Virus record (IMG/VR): IMGVR_UViG_3300016467_000248
Length of the DNA: 64,000 nt
Direction: 5' to 3' (one strand)
DNA from: an uncultured virus (IMG/VR IMGVR_UViG_3300016467_000248)
Taxonomy: Duplodnaviria; Heunggongvirae; Uroviricota; Caudoviricetes
In this document: positions 19,551-27,150 of the stretch, one piece after another
How positions within the stretch are numbered: the stretch's first letter is position 1
Layout: every line of letters starts with the position of its first letter
Program-made: the position numbers and the translations under genes
The notes under the pieces: generated by a model
The model's database searches: none
What the model saw: only the letters and a program-made list of their open reading frames with translations
What the model was told of the DNA's origin: nothing

Positions 19551-20633
19551 TTAAAGGAGGTGCAGAGACTCGCGTGCCCACTTGGTGAACTCACCAATCT
19601 TGACCATGAAGCTCATCTTGTCACCGGCCATGACACCACGACCGAACAGGGCCTGAACTTCCTTGGGCATACGCTGACAGTAGGTCATCCACGCCTGAAC
19701 AGACTCAGGCTCTACGTTCATGATGGCCTTGTTAGCCAACAGGACCTGCGCTACGCCACGCTCTGGAACCTTGGTGTTCTCTGGGTCAGAGATAATGTCC
19801 TGCCACCGTGGGAGCGTCTCATCGAGACGGGCCAGAGTCATAATGTCCATAGCAGCAGCCTCACCTACCACACCCATGAGAGCATGAGTACGCACACCGT
19901 CAGGCAGATGCTCAGTCGCCTTGATAATGTCCGAAGCCTTGTGCAGAGAACGAGGCGTGACGAACGCCGGCAACGGCATCTTGGGGTGGTAGATATACTG
20001 GTTGGTCATGGGATCTTCCACGTCCTCGAAGGACTGGAACATGGTCGGGTACTCCAATGCCGCAGTAATCACGATCGGGCTAATGTCGTTCTTGATAGCG
20101 AAGTTCTCCACCCACTCAGTCGCGGTCGGCTTACGCACCTTGATGACGTTGACACGGTTACGACCATGCGCCGGGATCAGATCGCCCACACCCTCTTGGC
20201 CTAGGTTGGTCGTGGCAAACACGATGCTTCCCTCTGGGAGCTTATACGGACCGACCTGATGCTCATGCAGGAAGCGGAGCATGGACTTGAGCACGCCCTT
20301 GTCAGACTTACCCAACTCGTCAACCATCACCAACACAGGCTCATTGGTCCCGAACCCCAACTCCTCATTGGGCACGAAGGTCACGACACGCCGACCGTCC
20401 ACGCTGTGCAACTCAGGAACAGACACGTCACCTGCTTGCTTGGTGGTGCAGTCAAAGTAGAACCTACGCTCGGAAGGAATGCCGACCTTCTCACCTACTA
20501 CGTCCTTCATGGAGGACTTGCCCGTACCGATGTGACCCTGCATGACCACGGTTACACTTGAGCCAACAGACGCGATAAGGTCAACAGCTTCCTGCAAAGA
20601 GATAGAAGAATACGGTTTGGTTACTTTAGCCAT
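19551..20633 (-). CDS. AAA+ ATPase (MoxR/AAA_5-like)
   Basis: Walker A GHIGTGKS, Walker B VMVDE, ATTN, TPRS. Confidence 0.85.
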   Translation of the reverse strand: MAKVTKPYSSISLQEAVDLIASVGSSVTVVMQGHIGTGKSSMKDVVGEKVGIPSERRFYFDCTTKQAGDVSVPELHSVDGRRVVTFVPNEELGFGTNEPVLVMVDELGKSDKGVLKSMLRFLHEHQVGPYKLPEGSIVFATTNLGQEGVGDLIPAHGRNRVNVIKVRKPTATEWVENFAIKNDISPIVITAALEYPTMFQSFEDVEDPMTNQYIYHPKMPLPAFVTPRSLHKASDIIKATEHLPDGVRTHALMGVVGEAAAMDIMTLARLDETLPRWQDIISDPENTKVPERGVAQVLLANKAIMNVEPESVQAWMTYCQRMPKEVQALFGRGVMAGDKMSFMVKIGEFTKWARESLHLL

Positions 20634-20660
20634 TTTAGTTACTCCAGTTAGACAGTCTAA

Positions 20661-21527
20661 TTAAAACGAAAACTTAGCGAGGATATCCTCGATATCCTTC
20701 TTAACATCCTTCTTGATGCTCTCATTCTTACGGAGCATCTGAGTATCAGTCGTGCGTAGCACAGCCATGATCTCCTTACGACGAGCATCCAACTCGTTAT
20801 CCCCTGTGATGTTCATTGCGTCCATGCCCTCACACAAAGCCATCAGCCCGTCGAATGTCGAGTCATACACACGACCCTTATCCTTCAACTGATTAGCCAG
20901 TCGTTGCGCCTCGGTGTGCAGTCGCTCCCAGTTTGTCCGGGCAATCTCTACCTCACGCTCAGCCAACATCTTCTCGTACTGCCCATGCAGGAAGTCCACC
21001 TCCTCGCTACCTACGTTGACTCGGAAGTCATTCTCCGGCACAGGCGTGTACACAAACCGGAATCCGAACTTGTCCTTGATGACCGACACATCCGGGTAAT
21101 CCTCTGGGTTAAACAGGTTGCCTAGATTGAGCGACGCCGCTTGAATCAGAGTCGGATACACTCGCACAAAGTCATCGACCTTCTGCTCGAACTCATCACG
21201 GTACAACTCAAGCTGAGCATTGAAGTCAAACATCTTGGCTGTGGGCAACAGGCTCGGGCCGGTGTATGACCACGGCAGGGTATTCATCGTGATGTATTGG
21301 CGCACCTTGGCTACGAACTTGGTTAGATCCTCTAACTCAGTGCATCCCGCAAACAGGTTCTTGTTGTAGTTCCCACCACGAGCACGAGTGCTCTTGTCCA
21401 TGTCAACCTCTGCGCTGACCTGCTTATCTAGCTTGCGACCTGTCCACACGCTGATGCTCAGCTCGAACAGAACAGATGAGGACGCAAGGCCCATGCGAGG
21501 CATGGCCATCTTTACTACTGCATTCAT
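20661..21527 (-). CDS. DUF3150-like protein
   Basis: SISVWTGRKLD...TLPWS...LGNLFNPEDYP; typical partner upstream of phage AAA/VWA pairs. Confidence 0.6.
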   Translation of the reverse strand: MNAVVKMAMPRMGLASSSVLFELSISVWTGRKLDKQVSAEVDMDKSTRARGGNYNKNLFAGCTELEDLTKFVAKVRQYITMNTLPWSYTGPSLLPTAKMFDFNAQLELYRDEFEQKVDDFVRVYPTLIQAASLNLGNLFNPEDYPDVSVIKDKFGFRFVYTPVPENDFRVNVGSEEVDFLHGQYEKMLAEREVEIARTNWERLHTEAQRLANQLKDKGRVYDSTFDGLMALCEGMDAMNITGDNELDARRKEIMAVLRTTDTQMLRKNESIKKDVKKDIEDILAKFSF

Positions 21528-21612
21528 GTCAAACTCCTATTAGTTAAAAGGGTTGGTTAGACCATCTAACCGAACCAAGTATCTCGGTGAACATCACCAA
21601 TATACTGCGTAT

Positions 21613-21641
21613 ATTATATCATACAGAACTACGTATGTCAA
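21613..21641 (-). promoter_or_regulatory. Consensus sigma70 promoter (module copy 1)
   Basis: TTGACA-17-TATAAT with extended -10 TG. Confidence 0.9.
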
Positions 21642-21644
21642 GGC

Positions 21645-22277
21645 TTAGTCATCTATAAGCTCACCCTCCTCGTCGAACACAATGTCGTTTACTTCAGCCG
21701 TCTCAATCACGTACTCATCTGTCGTGATGTAGTCATACTCATCACCTAACCATTTGACGAACATATCAGACAGATCATTCTTGATCTTGATCAATCGTAT
21801 AAATAGCTCGTCGTTCAATGGGCAGTCATTTGCATAAGCTAACACACAAGAATCTACGTCCACCGATTGCCTTCGGTAACTGGGTGTATACACTACCCAG
21901 AGATCGTTATACTCAGCACCCAGAGGCTCCCTGCCTAGCTTAAATAAAGCCAGCGTGTCCTGCATATACTGAATAATCTCATGCGCGGTCTCACCTCCAA
22001 AGTTCTTGGCCATGTTATCGAGCTTCTCATCAAGGAAAGTTAAGTGGCCCTCCCAACAGATCCACCCTCCATCAGAGTCAAAGCCCTTTACCTCTACGCT
22101 ACCTAACTCAGAACAGAACTGCTTGATGGACTCGTACACGTACTCCCACCACCCGTGGTCAGGGGCATACCTATGGTGCAGGACTTCTAGTGCCCGGCGT
22201 TTGGCTACGTCGGACAGCTCGTCGTATCTGTATCTAGTTAGACTATCTAACTCACCACCAGTCTGGCGTTGGTCCAT
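21645..22277 (-). CDS. Hypothetical early protein
   Basis: YDELSDVAKRRA...EYDYITT...FDEEG phage family pattern; start uncertain. Confidence 0.6.
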   Translation of the reverse strand: MDQRQTGGELDSLTRYRYDELSDVAKRRALEVLHHRYAPDHGWWEYVYESIKQFCSELGSVEVKGFDSDGGWICWEGHLTFLDEKLDNMAKNFGGETAHEIIQYMQDTLALFKLGREPLGAEYNDLWVVYTPSYRRQSVDVDSCVLAYANDCPLNDELFIRLIKIKNDLSDMFVKWLGDEYDYITTDEYVIETAEVNDIVFDEEGELIDD

Positions 22278-22701
22278 GATCCCACCTCGCGAATGTTTTG
22301 GACTTGTAGTAATCACGATAAGAAGCCACAGGGTCGTTGCGCTTGAACTGCTCGGGCATAGCCTGAGCAAAAGGCGTGAGGCCCATATAAGGGAGCGCAC
22401 CTGCTAAATTCTGATCGACCATAGCTCTGATAACGTCCCATGACTTGTGGTTTTTGTCGTGTCCGTATCGCGAACGCCACTCCCTGTTGAGATGCCAAGC
22501 TAAAGTCACAAGCCATTCAGCATTATCCATAGACTCACCTACCCACACCGTGCATGGATGGTTCTGATGCGTCTTCTTATACGGTCCACCGAGCACAGTG
22601 CTGAGCATCTGTGCCGACTCGAGTATCATCTTGGATACGTGTTTATCGCAATGGTATCTTGCGGCTACCGCAGGATCGCGGTCTAAAATGAATATGTTCA
22701 T
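22252..22701 (-). CDS. Pyrimidine-dimer DNA glycosylase-like (DenV-related) protein
   Basis: MNIFILD..P...A..HCDKHV.KM.LESAQML, HQNHPC.VW, AQAMP...PV..YR.YY. Confidence 0.75.
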   Translation of the reverse strand: MNIFILDRDPAVAARYHCDKHVSKMILESAQMLSTVLGGPYKKTHQNHPCTVWVGESMDNAEWLVTLAWHLNREWRSRYGHDKNHKSWDVIRAMVDQNLAGALPYMGLTPFAQAMPEQFKRNDPVASYRDYYKSKTFARWDHGPTPDWW

Positions 22702-22703
22702 TG

Positions 22704-22997
22704 TTACCTCATCAACTTAAACAAAGGTCTAACTTCATCAAACCTATCACGCACATACTTAGGAAGGTCATGGAACTGACGTGGATCCCATTGGTCCCCA
22801 GTGGATACGTACGGATTGGCTTTCGTTATTTTACACCATAGATAAGAATACTCCTCCTGGCTATTAGCACAGGTATAGTCGAATGCGTTATACACCATAG
22901 AGTAAGCTACTGTCTTAAGTACAATATCGAAGTAAGGAACCCCTATGTTCTCTACCGTACCACCGTATGGGTGTATCATTCTTTCTTCCCACTGCAT
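22704..22997 (-). CDS. Hypothetical protein
   Basis: Coupled ORF, start refined. Confidence 0.5.
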   Translation of the reverse strand: MQWEERMIHPYGGTVENIGVPYFDIVLKTVAYSMVYNAFDYTCANSQEEYSYLWCKITKANPYVSTGDQWDPRQFHDLPKYVRDRFDEVRPLFKLMR

Positions 22998-23170
22998 CTC
23001 GCCTCCGCTATTTGAAGAATCGTGCGCTCCAACTCCGGCTCCCCTCGAAGGGGGAGCCATGCCATTTCATACGAGTCGGTCTTGGTGCGCCATTGGAGCA
23101 CCTGCCCGTTGACGACGCGGTAGCGTCGCCCTCGGTAGGCAATGTGTTTAAGAGTAGGTTTCTGGGTCAT
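22976..23170 (-). CDS. Hypothetical protein
   Basis: ATG after GGAG. Confidence 0.5.
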   Translation of the reverse strand: MTQKPTLKHIAYRGRRYRVVNGQVLQWRTKTDSYEMAWLPLRGEPELERTILQIAEARCSGKKE

Positions 23171-23381
23171 CAGTAGGCTCCTCCAATATGGGCTTATCCA
23201 AGGCACGGCTGAGCCGTGCCAGTAGCTCACGCAACTCCTCTATGTCATCTCCGCAGAAGAAAGCGTCTGAATGGCCGACAATCACGCCGTCCTCATAGTA
23301 GACCTCCACAAATTTTAAGAGAGGATCGCCCCCGTTTTCGGAAGGGCAGTTCATTACTCTGTGGTTCCAAGTCGTATCCAT
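23148..23381 (-). CDS. Conserved small phage protein (WNHRV...EVYY family)
   Basis: TWNHRVM...EVYYEDG...ALDKPIL. Confidence 0.65.
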   Translation of the reverse strand: MDTTWNHRVMNCPSENGGDPLLKFVEVYYEDGVIVGHSDAFFCGDDIEELRELLARLSRALDKPILEEPTDDPETYS

Positions 23382-23382
23382 A

Positions 23383-23610
23383 TCACACCTCAATCTCGCT
23401 GACCTGAGTCAGAGTCACACCATATAGTCTGTTCCACCGAGCCGCGTGTACGTTCGCGTCCTCAACAAAGCGGAACCTCATGTCCTCCATCCACGCAGAC
23501 TCATCGTCCAACCACACCGAGACTAAAAATCTAATATTAGATTTGTGCCGAGCCTTGGGCAGTCGCATCCGATCCTTCATCGCGCGCTTATCTTCTTTGG
23601 TCATTTGCAT
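23383..23610 (-). CDS. Hypothetical protein
   Basis: 75 aa with GGAGA RBS. Confidence 0.55.
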   Translation of the reverse strand: MQMTKEDKRAMKDRMRLPKARHKSNIRFLVSVWLDDESAWMEDMRFRFVEDANVHAARWNRLYGVTLTQVSEIEV

Positions 23611-23640
23611 GATTGCTATCTCCTGTAACAGTTAGACGGT

Positions 23641-23865
23641 CTAACTAACGAACATGATCTGGCAGAGACCAGTTCTTGGCCTAATGACGAGGGAATCCCC
23701 GTAGTTCTCCACAAAGCAACGAATACCCTGCCATCCTGCAAACTTCTTAGCTGCTCGGACTCGTGCGTTGATGGTGTCCTTCTGCGTATAGATGGTGTCA
23801 CGCACCACCCATGAATAGTTAGCCTCTCCACCAAACGTATCTGTGATTTCTACTAAGTGTTTCAT
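23641..23865 (-). CDS. Conserved small phage protein (TDTFGGEANYSWV family)
   Basis: Family signature; the stop codon lies inside a palindrome copy. Confidence 0.65.
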   Translation of the reverse strand: MKHLVEITDTFGGEANYSWVVRDTIYTQKDTINARVRAAKKFAGWQGIRCFVENYGDSLVIRPRTGLCQIMFVS

Positions 23866-24608
23866 TTCTTATCTCCTGTCATAAGGTAAACCGGCGCGGT
23901 GTAGTTCATTAACTTAGACCCATACCCATCAAGATACTTACCCGCCGGCAACAACTTGAGCATGGACAACTTCTCTTTCTCAACCTTGGTTAGACGGTCT
24001 AAGTAGACAGTCCTTGCACGATACGACCTCTGCCTAAAGAACGCAGCCGTCTCTCTTTCTACGTGCTCCTCATAAGATAGGTTAGGGTCAACACCCCACA
24101 CATGATTACCCGCTTGCACAGAGTCATACCTACGTTTGGCATAGTCGAGCATTGCCGCTAAATCTTTAGGCGGCACTCTATATAACTCAATGGTCTCTCG
24201 CGTCACGTCTCTGTGCATCCTGTTATGTGTGCCACCGTGGACGACGAAGATGTGCTCGTTGAGTTTCTTATTGCGATGCGGAGCGATGAACCCTACACCC
24301 TCAAGCTCTGTATAAACTGTTGCCTCCTCGGTTCCAGCCCACTCCACAAGTTTCCAGAAGTTCTCACGCGCAGTAGGCGGGAGCCGATCGACGTATACAT
24401 CCGTTGAGGGCGAAGCCAAGTAAGCCATGAGCTGATGCTCATCCTTAGCACCACGCAGTCTGCCACCTCTGGCGTACCACTCTTGAGCGTTCTCCACTTG
24501 CCTCGCATAGTTCCAATAACGTGGGGTCTCATCATAAAAGTATTTAACACGCGCACGGATGCGGTAGTTACTCGACATACATTCCAAACCAAATCCAATG
24601 TCAATCAT
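23862..24608 (-). CDS. Hypothetical early protein (paralog motif at C-terminus)
   Basis: 248 aa; LTKVEKEKLSMLKLL...LDGYG. Confidence 0.6.
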   Translation of the reverse strand: MIDIGFGLECMSSNYRIRARVKYFYDETPRYWNYARQVENAQEWYARGGRLRGAKDEHQLMAYLASPSTDVYVDRLPPTARENFWKLVEWAGTEEATVYTELEGVGFIAPHRNKKLNEHIFVVHGGTHNRMHRDVTRETIELYRVPPKDLAAMLDYAKRRYDSVQAGNHVWGVDPNLSYEEHVERETAAFFRQRSYRARTVYLDRLTKVEKEKLSMLKLLPAGKYLDGYGSKLMNYTAPVYLMTGDKK

Positions 24609-25063
24609 TGCTTGTCTCCAATTAGACTGTCTAACTCAGTGATCTTGTCACCTGTACCATTCACGTATGAGAACGGTATGTTTATACTCCTGTGAACATA
24701 GAAATCCTCCCAAGGGTCTAGGCCATCGTTACCTCCCGTCCTAGTCTCAATGTCTTCATTGTCCTCACCTATACGTATGAACCTATATCCTGCACATTCG
24801 TTGAACTCGTCCTCCACAAAAGCAAGCAACTCGTTGTGCCCCTGCACATCCTCATAGCCGTCATACCATTTGACGTCTCCGGCATAAAAGTTAAAGTCAA
24901 CACAAACAACATCTTGTCCACGATCCGTGAAGTTTTCAACCTTACACTCCTTCAAAGCCTCGAACATATACCCACCCTTGAGGCGTATGAGAGCAATAAA
25001 CTCTTTGGCCTTGTCGATACCCTCGACACGGATGATATACGCAACATCACTTCTATAGCCCAT
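24605..25063 (-). CDS. Conserved phage protein (MGYRSDV...KWY...FIRIGE family)
   Basis: Family signature. Confidence 0.65.
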   Translation of the reverse strand: MGYRSDVAYIIRVEGIDKAKEFIALIRLKGGYMFEALKECKVENFTDRGQDVVCVDFNFYAGDVKWYDGYEDVQGHNELLAFVEDEFNECAGYRFIRIGEDNEDIETRTGGNDGLDPWEDFYVHRSINIPFSYVNGTGDKITELDSLIGDKQ

Positions 25064-25065
25064 GA

Positions 25066-25335
25066 CTATTCTCCGTATGCGCTGTCAATAGCATTGTGGC
25101 AGGAGTAACAAACGAGGTTTGTGTTTTCCCAGTTTACTTCTACATTAGTCATCACGAACCCACTACCATACTTAGTATCTCTTACCACACTTCTGTACAT
25201 ACCCCTCACACACTCTAGGTGATAGCAATCTCCTTCCTCATCGAGCAGATACAGAGGATACCCACCCGGCCATGCGTAAGGCCCGTTGCGTAGCACCATC
25301 TTGAGAGTCTCTAGGTTATTGATCTTCATCGTCAC
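25066..25335 (-). CDS. Conserved Zn-binding phage protein (YAWPGGYP family)
   Basis: YAWPGGYPL...C..C...NWE...C..C...SAY. Confidence 0.65.
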   Translation of the reverse strand: MTMKINNLETLKMVLRNGPYAWPGGYPLYLLDEEGDCYHLECVRGMYRSVVRDTKYGSGFVMTNVEVNWENTNLVCYSCHNAIDSAYGE

Positions 25336-25501
25336 TCTCCGCGTCTGCTGCTCTCTCCACTTGGTCGTGGGCTGAGGCCCACGCCTTCTCTCCGATTAGA
25401 TCGTCTAACTGGGTCATAGGCTGCATATAATCTATTGCTTGCTGTGGGTCGTACATAAAATCCATCCACTCAGCTAATGTTGGTTTTCTTGGGTTGTTCA
25501 T
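25316..25501 (-). CDS. Hypothetical protein
   Basis: Coupled small ORF. Confidence 0.5.
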   Translation of the reverse strand: MNNPRKPTLAEWMDFMYDPQQAIDYMQPMTQLDDLIGEKAWASAHDQVERAADAESDDEDQ

Positions 25502-25680
25502 CGCACACCTCGGCCTTGTCCGTACATAGAGTTCTTATGCAGTATCCGAGCAAAGCTTACGTGCTTACGCAATCGGCACAGCTTGTCCGGCATAGACTTA
25601 ACGCGCCTACCGCCGTTGTACCACCTGTCAAACTCAATGGATGACACGAATCGCTTTGGCTCGCGTATATCAAATCTCAT
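25498..25680 (-). CDS. Hypothetical protein
   Basis: Coupled small ORF with GGAGA RBS. Confidence 0.5.
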   Translation of the reverse strand: MRFDIREPKRFVSSIEFDRWYNGGRRVKSMPDKLCRLRKHVSFARILHKNSMYGQGRGVR

Positions 25681-25689
25681 GTCGTTCTC

Positions 25690-25980
25690 CTATCCCCAAG
25701 TCCGATGCTTCTCAGCTACCCATTCCATGCCGTCATACTCTTGGATCTCCCACTCCACATCGTCAGGGATCTCTACAACCTTCAGAGACGCAAAGCTATA
25801 ACCCTTTTCTCTCGGGATCTCCTCAACCACCTGCACCAACGCGGGATCATCACGAGATATATCTCCAGCCCAGAAATCATCAGGTTTGGGCACACCCTTG
25901 ATCTCAAAGTACCTGTCCTGCTCCACTTGAGACAGACCGAACCCGCCGTAGCACTTATTTATTACAACTTTCATTTTCAT
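25690..25980 (-). CDS. Conserved phage protein (KVVIN.CYGGFGLS...RDDP.LV.VVEE family)
   Basis: Family signature. Confidence 0.7.
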   Translation of the reverse strand: MKMKVVINKCYGGFGLSQVEQDRYFEIKGVPKPDDFWAGDISRDDPALVQVVEEIPREKGYSFASLKVVEIPDDVEWEIQEYDGMEWVAEKHRTWG

Positions 25981-26030
25981 TCTCCAGTTAGGGCGTGGAC
26001 TCACGTCCACCGCCAACACAGTTAGACGGT

Positions 26031-26330
26031 CTAACCAATTAACAGCTTGCGGATGGTAGAGCCTACCTTGAGGTAGTCGTAGTAGTCGTACCCTTCTTGC
26101 TCTACGAAAGACACATCAGGCCACACAAACAAGAGGTCATACTCAGGCTTGACGGGCAGGTGGTGCGCGAGAGCGAGACGACGCTCTAATTTGTTTTTGA
26201 CTTGGCGAGGGCATTTATACCCAAGCAGACGCATGAGGTGCATGATCTGCGCGTCATTGAGGCGACGAAAGTCGCGAATGAAATCCGCGAGCGTAAGAAG
26301 CCCATTCATTCTTTCCATAACTGTCTCCAC
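26031..26330 (-). CDS. Hypothetical protein
   Basis: First gene after promoter copy 2; the stop codon lies inside a palindrome copy. Confidence 0.55.
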   Translation of the reverse strand: METVMERMNGLLTLADFIRDFRRLNDAQIMHLMRLLGYKCPRQVKNKLERRLALAHHLPVKPEYDLLFVWPDVSFVEQEGYDYYDYLKVGSTIRKLLIG

Positions 26331-26407
26331 GATTGGTTAAAGGGCTGAGTTAGACCATCTAACTGAGCCAACGTATATTAGCTAAAGACCACCAATATAC
26401 TGCGTAT

Positions 26408-26436
26408 ATTTTAGCATACCCAGATGTATGTGTCAA
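26408..26436 (-). promoter_or_regulatory. Consensus sigma70 promoter (module copy 2)
   Basis: TTGACA-17-TAAAAT with extended -10 TG. Confidence 0.85.
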
Positions 26437-26450
26437 GGGTTAGCACGATG

Positions 26451-26771
26451 CTATGGTTCTGTCAGCACCACCTCGTAGTAAGGTCCAACGCGGATACCTA
26501 TACCTTGTACGTGTTTATATGGCGGGGCTAGGCGTAGGATGGCTACGTCTTCTTTCAGACTATCTGGCAGAGCATCAAAACTTATTACCGCCATGCTCTC
26601 GGTGTTTGGTGGTTTATGTCGAAGGTAGGACTCAATTTCCAAGTCTGCGTAACATATCCTGCACACATACCCTAGCCATGCTCTGTTGTCGTCGGACTGG
26701 GACACCACGAGCATCCGACCTAAATCACTTCTGTGGGTCCTACACCACGCGCACCTACCTATTTGTGCCAT
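26451..26771 (-). CDS. Zn-finger plus paralog-motif hypothetical protein
   Basis: CAWC...CRIC; LPDSLKEDVAILRLA...VQGIGIR. Confidence 0.6.
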   Translation of the reverse strand: MAQIGRCAWCRTHRSDLGRMLVVSQSDDNRAWLGYVCRICYADLEIESYLRHKPPNTESMAVISFDALPDSLKEDVAILRLAPPYKHVQGIGIRVGPYYEVVLTEP

Positions 26772-27150
26772 TATCCTTCTCCAATATGACCGGGGGTTTG
26801 CAATACACCATCAGCACCTGTCTGCCTCGATAGCCCACCTCTGGGTGATAGAAAGTTTCTGGTGTGAGACGCATGAGCGCGAGACGCTCCTGAGCATGAG
26901 ATGGGAACTGATCCTCCTCAATCTCCAGCTTTTTCATACCATCTATGTTGATCCTCGGACCTCCGAGATTTTCCTCCCTCCCGTTCTCAACGAACCACTG
27001 GTAGACCCTAGCGTCCTCGTCTTTGCATGATTGGCAGTAGAACCCGAACCAGTAACGCGAATCAGCTTTAATAAACTCAGCCACCACCGCGTCCTCGAAC
27101 GTGACGCGGGTATTAGAGCATCCTATGTGACAGCATTTTTTGTCAGGCAT
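26755..27150 (-). CDS. Zn-finger plus paralog-motif hypothetical protein
   Basis: CCHIGC...CQSC; FPSHAQERLALMRL...EVGYR. Confidence 0.6.
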   Translation of the reverse strand: MPDKKCCHIGCSNTRVTFEDAVVAEFIKADSRYWFGFYCQSCKDEDARVYQWFVENGREENLGGPRINIDGMKKLEIEEDQFPSHAQERLALMRLTPETFYHPEVGYRGRQVLMVYCKPPVILEKDNGTNR

